Part shown: one piece after another, positions 53,037-64,000 of the stretch
Layout: the number at the start of each line of letters is the position of its first letter
Position numbering within the stretch: the first letter of the stretch is position 1
NCBI RefSeq assembly: GCF_057098645.1
Contig: NZ_CM169472.1
Reading direction: 5' to 3' (one strand)
Length of the DNA: 64,000 nt
Notes under the pieces: model-generated
Seen by the model: only the letters and a program-made list of their open reading frames with translations
What the model was told of the DNA's origin: nothing
Databases searched by the model: none
Translations under genes and position numbers: made by a program

Positions 53037-53767
53037 TGAGTCGTTCAGTTCTGGTTACTGGTGCCAGCAAAGGCATTGGTCGCGCCATCGCCTGCCAACT
53101 GGCGGCAGACGGCTTTAACATTGGCGTTCACTATCACCGTGACGCCACAGGCGCTCAGGAAACGCTGAATGCCATTGTCGCCAACGGGGGTAACGGGCGT
53201 TTGCTCAGTTTCGACGTCGCAAACCGCGAACAGTGTCGGGAAGTGCTGGAGCATGAGATCGCGCAACACGGTGCCTGGTACGGCGTGGTCAGTAACGCCG
53301 GGATCGCCCGCGATGCCGCTTTTCCGGCTTTAAGCGATGACGACTGGGATGCGGTGATCCACACCAACCTCGACAGTTTCTACAACGTCATTCAGCCGTG
53401 CATTATGCCGATGATCGGCGCACGCCAGGGTGGGCGCATCATCACGCTATCCTCGGTTTCCGGCGTAATGGGCAATCGCGGCCAGGTGAATTACAGCGCT
53501 GCCAAAGCCGGAATTATCGGCGCAACAAAAGCGCTGGCTATCGAACTCGCGAAGCGCAAAATCACCGTCAACTGCATCGCGCCGGGGCTTATTGATACCG
53601 GGATGATCGAAATGGAAGAGAGCGCTCTGAAAGAGGCAATGTCGATGATCCCCATGAAACGTATGGGCCAGGCGGAAGAAGTTGCCGGGCTTGCCAGTTA
53701 TTTAATGTCTGATATTGCGGGTTACGTCACCCGCCAGGTTATTTCCATCAACGGAGGGATGTTATGA
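53036..53767 (+). CDS. 3-oxoacyl-ACP reductase (FabG-like SDR)
   Basis: TGASKGIGRAIA Rossmann motif and YSAAKAG catalytic motif. Confidence 0.85.
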   Translation: MSRSVLVTGASKGIGRAIACQLAADGFNIGVHYHRDATGAQETLNAIVANGGNGRLLSFDVANREQCREVLEHEIAQHGAWYGVVSNAGIARDAAFPALSDDDWDAVIHTNLDSFYNVIQPCIMPMIGARQGGRIITLSSVSGVMGNRGQVNYSAAKAGIIGATKALAIELAKRKITVNCIAPGLIDTGMIEMEESALKEAMSMIPMKRMGQAEEVAGLASYLMSDIAGYVTRQVISINGGML

Positions 53768-54993
53768 CACGTCGCGTAGTGATTACAGGAATGGGCGGCG
53801 TGACTGCCTTTGGTGAAAACTGGCAGGACGTTTCTGCACGCTTACTGGCGTATGAAAATGCGGTGCGCAAAATGCCGGAGTGGCAGGTCTACGATGGCCT
53901 GCACACCCTGCTTGGCGCGCCTGTTGATGATTTCACGCTACCGGAGCACTACACCCGCAAGCGTATCCGTGCGATGGGCCGCGTGTCGCAAATGTCGACC
54001 CGTGCCAGCGAGCTGGCGTTAGAGCAGGCAGGGTTGATTGGCGATCCGATATTAACCAGCGGCGAAACGGGCATTGCGTACGGTTCATCGACCGGCAGTA
54101 CCGGCCCGGTAAGCGAGTTCGCCACCATGCTGACGGAAAAGCACACCAATAACATCACTGGCACCACCTATGTGCAGATGATGCCGCACACCACCGCCGT
54201 TAATACTGGCCTCTTTTTCGGCCTGCGCGGGCGGGTGATCCCAACCTCCAGCGCCTGTACTTCCGGCAGCCAGGCAATCGGTTATGCGTGGGAAGCCATT
54301 CGCCACGGTTATCAAACGGTGATGGTTGCTGGTGGTGCCGAAGAGTTATGTCCTTCAGAAGCAGCGGTATTTGATACGCTTTTCGCCACCAGCCAGCACA
54401 ATGATGCGCCGAAAACCACACCTTCACCGTTCGATGAAAACCGCGACGGGCTGGTGATTGGTGAAGGCGCAGGTACGCTCATTCTCGAAGAACTGGAGCA
54501 CGCCAAAGCGCGCGGCGCGACCATTTACGGTGAAATCGTCGGCTTTGCGACGAACTGCGACGCGGCACATATTACCCAGCCGCAGCGCGAAACCATGCAG
54601 TATTGTATGGAGCAATCGCTGAAAATCGCCGGGTTAAGCGCACAAGATATCGGCTATATTTCAGCGCATGGTACGGCGACCGATCGCGGTGATATGGCAG
54701 AAAGTCTGGCGACAGCAACCATTTACGGTGATAATGTGCCGCTCTCCTCGCTGAAAAGTTATTTTGGTCATACGCTTGGTGCCTGTGGCGCGCTCGAAGC
54801 CTGGATGAGTCTGCAAATGATGCGCGAAGGTTGGTTTGCGCCTACGCTAAACCTGAATAAACCAGACCCGAATTGTGGCGCGCTGGATTACATCATGCAT
54901 GAAGCCCGCAAGGTTGATTGTGAGTTTTTGCAGAGTAACAACTTTGCCTTTGGCGGCATTAATACATCCATCATCATTAAACGTTGGCCCTGA
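53764..54993 (+). CDS. Beta-ketoacyl-ACP synthase II-like (FabF-like)
   Basis: 409 aa; Cys in SSACTSGS, His motifs HGTATD and GHTLGACGA. Confidence 0.85.
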   Translation: MTRRVVITGMGGVTAFGENWQDVSARLLAYENAVRKMPEWQVYDGLHTLLGAPVDDFTLPEHYTRKRIRAMGRVSQMSTRASELALEQAGLIGDPILTSGETGIAYGSSTGSTGPVSEFATMLTEKHTNNITGTTYVQMMPHTTAVNTGLFFGLRGRVIPTSSACTSGSQAIGYAWEAIRHGYQTVMVAGGAEELCPSEAAVFDTLFATSQHNDAPKTTPSPFDENRDGLVIGEGAGTLILEELEHAKARGATIYGEIVGFATNCDAAHITQPQRETMQYCMEQSLKIAGLSAQDIGYISAHGTATDRGDMAESLATATIYGDNVPLSSLKSYFGHTLGACGALEAWMSLQMMREGWFAPTLNLNKPDPNCGALDYIMHEARKVDCEFLQSNNFAFGGINTSIIIKRWP

Positions 54994-54994
54994 T

Positions 54995-55582
54995 ATGTAT
55001 CGGATAGTTCTGGGGAAAGTTTCGACCTTAAGCGCAGCTCCACTGCCACCGGGTTTACGCGAGCAAGCACCGCAAGGTCCACGACGCGAACGCTGGCTGG
55101 CGGGGCGTGCATTGCTTTCGCACACGCTTTCCCCGCTACCGGAGATCATCTATGGCGAACAAGGCAAACCTGCATTTGCGCCGGAAACGCCGCTATGGTT
55201 CAACTTAAGCCATAGCGGTGACGATATCGCTCTGCTGTTGAGTGATGAAGGCGAAGTCGGCTGCGATATCGAAGTGATTCGCCCGCGCGCCAACTGGCGC
55301 TGGCTGGCGAACGCCGTATTCAGCCTCGGGGAACACGCTGAGATGGACGCCGTGCATCCTGATCAGCAACTGGAAATGTTCTGGCGCATCTGGACGCGCA
55401 AAGAAGCCATCGTTAAACAGCGTGGTGGCAGCGCCTGGCAAATCGTCAGCGTAGACAGCACCTATCACTCCTCGCTGTCAGTCAGCCATTGTCAGCTAGA
55501 AAATTTAAGCCTGGCGATCTGCACCCCCACCCCCTTTACGCTCACCGCCGACAGTGTGCAATGGATCGATTCAGTTAACTGA
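54995..55582 (+). CDS. acpT: 4'-phosphopantetheinyl transferase (holo-ACP synthase AcpT)
   Basis: ORF track 54875..55582; start moved to MYRIVLGKVSTLSAAPLPPGL; PPTase motifs (FNLSHSGD, WTRKEAIVK). Confidence 0.85.
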   Translation: MYRIVLGKVSTLSAAPLPPGLREQAPQGPRRERWLAGRALLSHTLSPLPEIIYGEQGKPAFAPETPLWFNLSHSGDDIALLLSDEGEVGCDIEVIRPRANWRWLANAVFSLGEHAEMDAVHPDQQLEMFWRIWTRKEAIVKQRGGSAWQIVSVDSTYHSSLSVSHCQLENLSLAICTPTPFTLTADSVQWIDSVN

Positions 55583-55627
55583 TCCGCCCACCCGACTGCC
55601 CATCTATTGATCCAGAACAGGTAATCA

Positions 55628-55655
55628 GTATGACGAATACTTAAAATCGTCATAC
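55628..55655 (+). promoter_or_regulatory. NikR operator in the nikA promoter
   Basis: GTATGA-N16-TCATAC dyad (GTATGACGAATACTTAAAATCGTCATAC) 38 nt upstream of nikA. Confidence 0.7.
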
Positions 55656-55692
55656 TTATTTCCGCCATCTATTTTAATCCATTGGGGTTACC

Positions 55693-57267
55693 ATGCTCTC
55701 CACACTCCGCCGCACTCTATTTGCGCTGCTGGCTTGTGCGTCTTTTATCGTCCATGCCGCTGCGCCAGATGAAATTACCACCGCCTGGCCGGTGAATGTC
55801 GGGCCACTAAACCCGCACCTTTACACGCCTAACCAGATGTTCGCCCAGAGCATGGTTTATGAACCGCTGGTGAAATATCAGGCTGATGGTTCGGTGATCC
55901 CGTGGCTGGCAAAAAGCTGGACTCATTCAGAAGATGGTAAAACCTGGACCTTCACCCTGCGTGATGACGTGAAATTCTCCAACGGCGAACCGTTTGATGC
56001 AGAGGCAGCGGCAGAAAACTTCCGCGCAGTGCTCGATAACCGTCAACGTCACGCCTGGCTGGAGCTGGCAAACCAGATTGTTGATGTCAAAGCACTCAGT
56101 AAAACAGAGCTGCAAATCACCCTGAAAAGCGCCTACTATCCTTTCCTGCAAGAACTGGCCCTGCCGCGCCCTTTCCGCTTTATCGCCCCCTCGCAGTTTA
56201 AAAACCATGAAACCATGAACGGAATTAAAGCGCCGATTGGCACCGGGCCGTGGGTTTTGCAGGAATCGAAACTGAATCAGTACGATGTCTTCGTCCGTAA
56301 CGAAAACTACTGGGGCGAAAAGCCGGCGATTAAGAAGATCACTTTTAACGTCATCCCGGACCCGACGACCCGCGCGGTAGCGTTTGAAACTGGCGATATC
56401 GACCTGCTGTACGGAAACGAAGGGTTATTACCGCTCGATACCTTCGCCCGCTTTAGCCAGAACCCGGCTTACCATACCCAACTGTCACAGCCGATCGAAA
56501 CCGTGATGTTGGCGCTTAATACCGCCAAAGCCCCCACCAATGAGCTGGCAGTACGTGAAGCTCTTAATTACGCGGTAAACAAAAAATCGCTGATTGATAA
56601 CGCGTTGTATGGCACCCAGCAGGTCGCCGACACCCTGTTTGCCCCTTCTGTGCCCTACGCCAACCTCGGCCTGAAACCGCGCCAGTACGATCCGCAGAAA
56701 GCGAAAGCGTTGCTGGAAAAAGCCGGTTGGACGCTGCCTGCGGGCAAAGACATCCGCGAGAAAAATGGTCAGCCGCTGCACATTGAACTTTCGTTCATCG
56801 GCACCGATGCGTTAAGTAAATCGATGGCGGAAATCATTCAGGCTGATATGCGCCAGATTGGCGCAGATGTCTCGCTGATTGGCGAAGAAGAGAGCAGTAT
56901 CTATGCGCGTCAGCGCGACGGTCGTTTTGGCATGATTTTCCACCGCACCTGGGGCGCGCCATACGACCCACACGCCTTCCTGAGTTCAATGCGCGTACCG
57001 TCGCACGCTGACTTCCAGGCACAGCAAGGATTAGCCGACAAGCCGCTGATTGATAAAGAGATCGGCGAAGTGCTGGCGACACATGACGAAACGCAACGTC
57101 AGGCGCTGTATCGCGACATTCTGACCCGTCTGCATGACGAGGCGGTTTATCTGCCTATCAGTTACATCTCAATGATGGTGGTATCAAAACCGGAGCTGGG
57201 TAACATCCCCTACGCGCCGATCGCCACCGAAATTCCGTTCGAACAGATTAAACCGGTGAAACCTTAA
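55693..57267 (+). CDS. nikA: Nickel ABC transporter periplasmic binding protein
   Basis: 524 aa with signal peptide; first gene of nikABCDER. Confidence 0.9.
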
Positions 57268-58207
57268 TGTTGCGTTACGTATTACGCCGCTTTCTGCTGC
57301 TGATCCCGATGGTGCTCGCCGCCTCGGTGATCATTTTTCTGATGCTGCGCCTCGGTACCGGCGACCCGGCGCTCGATTATTTGCGTCTGTCTAACCTGCC
57401 GCCGACGCCGGAGATGCTGGCCTCTACCCGCACCATGCTCGGACTGGATCAGCCGCTGTACGTCCAGTACGGTACCTGGTTGTGGAAGGCGCTGCATCTT
57501 GACTTTGGTATCTCATTCGCCAGCCAACGCCCAGTGCTGGACGATATGCTGAACTTCCTGCCTGCTACGCTGGAACTGGCGGGTGCGGCGCTGGTATTAA
57601 TTCTGCTCACTTCCGTACCGCTCGGTATCTGGGCGGCGCGCCATCGTGACCGTCTGCCGGATTTCGCCGTACGTTTCATCGCGTTTCTTGGCGTGTCGAT
57701 GCCTAACTTCTGGCTGGCGTTTTTACTGGTGATGGCGTTTTCGGTGTATCTGCAATGGCTACCCGCGATGGGTTACGGCGGCTGGCAGCACATCATTTTG
57801 CCTGCGGTTTCCATTGCCTTTATGTCGCTGGCGATTAACGCGCGTTTACTGCGCGCCAGTATGTTGGACGTCGCCGGTCAGCGTCACGTCACCTGGGCGC
57901 GTCTGCGCGGCCTGAACGACAAACAGACCGAACGTCGCCACATCCTGCGCAATGCCTCGCTGCCGATGATCACCGCCGTGGGGATGCACATCGGCGAACT
58001 GATTGGCGGGACGATGATTATCGAAAACATCTTTGCCTGGCCGGGCGTCGGGCGCTATGCGGTGTCGGCGATTTTTAACCGTGACTATCCGGTGATCCAG
58101 TGCTTTACGCTGATGATGGTGGTGGTTTTTGTGGTCTGTAATTTGATTGTCGATTTGCTCAACGCCGCGCTGGACCCGCGCATTCGTCGTCATGAAGGAG
58201 CGCACGC

Positions 58208-58211
<4 letters not shown>
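57267..58211 (+). CDS. nikB: Nickel ABC transporter permease
   Basis: 314 aa membrane ORF. Confidence 0.9.
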
Positions 58212-61015
<2,804 letters not shown>

Positions 61016-61212
61016 CACCTCCCAACGCGCCGTTATTTCCTCACGGCGCAGTAAATTCCTGCCAAACTTCGACTTCCATCACATTTTTTTGATCACGATT
61101 TGGTCCCTCAAAATGTGAGACGCTTCGATCCTCTTTTTCGCCTGTTCACCTACTATACGCTGAAGTTGTCCATGATTGTCCATAGACAACTGTAAATGTT
61201 CAGGTGCGCGCC

Positions 61213-61959
61213 ATGAAATCATTAAGTAAGTCGTCACAAATACCGCTCTATCAACAAGTGGTGGAGTGGATAAGAGAAAGTATTTATACCGGAGATCTGG
61301 TGGAAGACGATCGCATCCCTTCGGAATACCAGATTATGGATATGCTGGAAGTCAGTCGGGGAACCGTTAAAAAAGCGGTCGCCCAACTGGTAAAAGAAGG
61401 CGTGTTGATTCAGGTCCAGGGCAAGGGAACATTTGTCAAAAAAGAGAACGTGGCCTATCCGTTAGGTGAAGGATTATTGTCATTCGCGGAATCGCTGGAA
61501 AGCCAGAAAATACATTTTACCACTGAAGTTATTACGTCACGGATTGAACCGGCTAATCGTTATGTGGCAGAGAAATTAAGAATAACGCCCGGTCAGGATA
61601 TTCTTTACCTTGAACGCTTACGCTCAATTGGTGATGAAAAAGCGATGCTGATAGAGAACCGTATCAATATTGAGCTATGCCCCGGTATTGCGGAAATCGA
61701 TTTTAATCAACACAATTTATTTCCAACAATAGAAAGTTTGTCGCAAAGAAAAATTCGTTACTCGGAAAGTCGCTATGCCGCGCGATTAATTGGTAATGAA
61801 CGTGGTCATTTTTTAGATATCAGTGAAGACGCACCCGTTTTGCATCTGGAGCAGTTAGTCTTTTTCTCCCGAGGATTACCCATTGAGTTTGGCAACGTCT
61901 GGTTAAAAGGAAATAAATATTATCTTGGCACCGTACTGCAACGGCGGGAAGTGAGTTAA
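61213..61959 (+). CDS. GntR-family (HutC/UTRA subfamily) transcriptional regulator
   Basis: ORF track 61204..61959; N-terminal winged HTH (PSEYQIMDMLEVSRGTVKKAVAQLVKEGVL) plus C-terminal effector domain. Confidence 0.75.
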   Translation: MKSLSKSSQIPLYQQVVEWIRESIYTGDLVEDDRIPSEYQIMDMLEVSRGTVKKAVAQLVKEGVLIQVQGKGTFVKKENVAYPLGEGLLSFAESLESQKIHFTTEVITSRIEPANRYVAEKLRITPGQDILYLERLRSIGDEKAMLIENRINIELCPGIAEIDFNQHNLFPTIESLSQRKIRYSESRYAARLIGNERGHFLDISEDAPVLHLEQLVFFSRGLPIEFGNVWLKGNKYYLGTVLQRREVS

Positions 61960-61983
61960 GTACACTTTTTTAAGAGGAATAAA

Positions 61984-62457
61984 ATGCAAGGCATACACTT
62001 TCAGGAAAATTATATTCAACGACTTCCGGCAGGGTTAAGCGTTGAACAGATCATCCGTCAGTTAGCGCAACCGTTGGTTGCCGCCGAGCTGGTCGTCCCT
62101 GATTTTGCCGATCACGTACTGAAACGTGAGGCGACGTACCCAACGGGGCTGCCTACCGAACCACCGTGCGTCGCTATTCCGCACACGGACCATAAACATG
62201 TCAGGCACAATGCAATTGCCGTCGGCATCCTGCCGGAACCGGTAGAGTTTGCCGATATGGGCGGCGATCCTGACCCCGTACCTGTCAGGGTGATTTTTTT
62301 GCTCGCCTTAAGCGAAAGTAATAAACAATTAAATGCCCTGGGCTGGATTATGGAAATGATTCAGGATACGCCCTTTATGCAAGCCCTGCTTGCGATGGAA
62401 ACAACAGAAATACACACAGTAATCTTAAACAAAATGAAAGAACGAGGTGAAATATGA
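61984..62457 (+). CDS. PTS EIIA component, mannitol/fructose (type 2) class, galactitol-like
   Basis: 157 aa; phosphorylatable His in AIPHTDHKH. Confidence 0.7.
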   Translation: MQGIHFQENYIQRLPAGLSVEQIIRQLAQPLVAAELVVPDFADHVLKREATYPTGLPTEPPCVAIPHTDHKHVRHNAIAVGILPEPVEFADMGGDPDPVPVRVIFLLALSESNKQLNALGWIMEMIQDTPFMQALLAMETTEIHTVILNKMKERGEI

Positions 62458-62735
62458 GTCAAACCATTTTATTTGTCTGCGCCACGGGTATTGCCACATC
62501 CACGGCGGTAACAGAAAAAGTCATGGAATATTGTAAAGAGCACGCTCTTAACGTCAATTATTCCCAAACCAACGTTGCCTCTTTACCTGGAAATACTGAT
62601 GGCGTAGCACTGGTAGTCTCAACGACTAAAGTGCCTTATGAACTCGACGTCCCGGTAGTTAACGGCTTGCCGATTATTACCGGTATTGGCGAAGAGAAAG
62701 TACTGGCGCAAATTGTTTCGATCCTTAAAAATTAA
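62454..62735 (+). CDS. PTS EIIB component, galactitol-type
   Basis: 93 aa; N-terminal phosphocysteine motif ILFVCATGIATS. Confidence 0.75.
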   Translation: MSQTILFVCATGIATSTAVTEKVMEYCKEHALNVNYSQTNVASLPGNTDGVALVVSTTKVPYELDVPVVNGLPIITGIGEEKVLAQIVSILKN

Positions 62736-62811
62736 TTAATAATAATTAATTTCAACCCACTCCATCAGGCGCTAACGCGAGGTGCGCTCTCGCCTGAAAA
62801 AGAGGTTTATT

Positions 62812-64000
62812 ATGAACGATATCGCGCATACCCTCTATAATATTGTGCAATATATATTGGGATTTGGGCCGACGGTAATGTTGCCGTTGGTGTTATTTAT
62901 TCTTGCTCTCTGTTTTAAAGTAAAACCCGCTAAAGCCTTACGTTCGTCATTAACAGTCGGCATTGGTTTTGTCGGTATTTATGCCATTTTCGATATTCTG
63001 ACCAGCAATGTCGGGCCAGCGGCCCAGGCGATGGTTGAACGCACCGGAATTAATTTACCGGTGGTAGATTTAGGCTGGCCGCCGCTTTCCGCTATTACAT
63101 GGGGTTCGCCAATTGCCCCGTTTGTTATTCCCCTGACCATTCTGATTAACGTGGCGATGCTGGCGTTAAATAAAACCCGTACCGTTGACGTAGATATGTG
63201 GAACTACTGGCATTTTGCCCTTGCTGGTACGTTGGTTTATTACAGCACCGGCAGCCTGTTCTTTGGTTTGCTGGCGGCGGCGATTGCTGCGGTGGTAGTA
63301 CTTAAACTCGCCGACTGGTCTGCGCCACTGGTACAAAAATACTTTGGACTGGAAGGGATCTCATTGCCGACGCTCTCTTCGGTGGTGTTCTTCCCGGTCG
63401 GTCTGCTGGTCGACAAAATCATCGACCATATCCCCGGCCTCAATCGTATTCATATCGACCCGGAAACCGTACAGAAAAAGTTTGGCATCTTCGGCGAACC
63501 GATGATGGTTGGCACTATTCTGGGCATACTGCTCGGCGTGATTGCAGGATACGATTTCAAAAAAGTGTTGCTGCTTGGCATCAGCATTGGCGGTGTGATG
63601 TTCATCCTGCCACGCATGGTTCGCATCCTGATGGAAGGTTTATTACCGCTGTCTGAAGCCATTAAAAAGTATCTCAATGCCAAATACCCTGACCGTGACG
63701 ATCTCTATATCGGACTGGATATCGCCGTTGCCGTAGGTAATCCGGCGATTATCTCCACCGCCCTGCTGCTAACGCCAATCTCGGTCTTTATCGCGTTTGT
63801 CCTCCCAGGTAATGAAGTCCTGCCGCTTGGCGACCTTGCCAACCTGGCGGTAATGGCGTCGATGATTGCTTTAGCCAGCCGTGGCAATATTTTCCGCACC
63901 GTTCTGGCGGCGATCCCGGTGATTATTGCCGACCTGTGGATTGCGACTAAAATCGCACCGTTTATTACCGGCATGGCGAAAGACGTTAACTTCAAATTTG
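62812..64000 (+). CDS. PTS EIIC permease, galactitol family (5' part; continues beyond window end)
   Basis: My own translation from ATG 62812 is open to position 64000 (MNDIAHTLYNIVQYILGFGPTVMLPLVLFILALCFKV...); not in the ORF track because no stop lies inside the window. Confidence 0.75.
   Translation, partial: MNDIAHTLYNIVQYILGFGPTVMLPLVLFILALCFKVKPAKALRSSLTVGIGFVGIYAIFDILTSNVGPAAQAMVERTGINLPVVDLGWPPLSAITWGSPIAPFVIPLTILINVAMLALNKTRTVDVDMWNYWHFALAGTLVYYSTGSLFFGLLAAAIAAVVVLKLADWSAPLVQKYFGLEGISLPTLSSVVFFPVGLLVDKIIDHIPGLNRIHIDPETVQKKFGIFGEPMMVGTILGILLGVIAGYDFKKVLLLGISIGGVMFILPRMVRILMEGLLPLSEAIKKYLNAKYPDRDDLYIGLDIAVAVGNPAIISTALLLTPISVFIAFVLPGNEVLPLGDLANLAVMASMIALASRGNIFRTVLAAIPVIIADLWIATKIAPFITGMAKDVNFKF

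Overview
This window reads as an Escherichia coli chromosomal segment from the gnt-ggt-ugp-liv-rpoH-fts-zntA-nik neighbourhood, from the 5' part of gntU (minus strand, running off the start) to a galactitol-family PTS EIIC gene running off the end. The conserved backbone is interrupted by several accessory insertions. (1) An AT-rich toxin/immunity islet (about 5.9-9.5 kb) holds an Hcp-fused HNH-nuclease effector gene that is dead three times over (in-frame stop at codon 25, a frameshift, and an IS5-family insertion with a TTAG target duplication) next to an intact overlapping immunity ORF. (2) A 249-codon membrane/helical-repeat ORF with its own RBS and terminator sits between livF and ugpB. 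(3) A GNAT-toxin / RHH-antitoxin module (AtaT/TacT/ItaT-like) is wedged between panM and livJ. (4) A roughly 15 kb, 18-gene type-II-PKS/FAS-like operon lies between yhhT and acpT, with gene content and order matching the aryl-polyene (APE) lipid-pigment cluster family. (5) A GntR-family regulator plus PTS EIIA/EIIB/EIIC module follows nikR. RyhB with a Fur box, and GntR, ZntR, NikR and Pho-box operators, REP elements and several intrinsic terminators are recognisable. No CRISPR array, tRNA, rRNA or prophage integrase was found. All calls come from reading the sequence and the supplied ORF translations; every family assignment and every comparison to K-12 is from memory, not from a search. The track uses the most upstream ATG/GTG/TTG, so several starts were moved downstream to the start I recognise.
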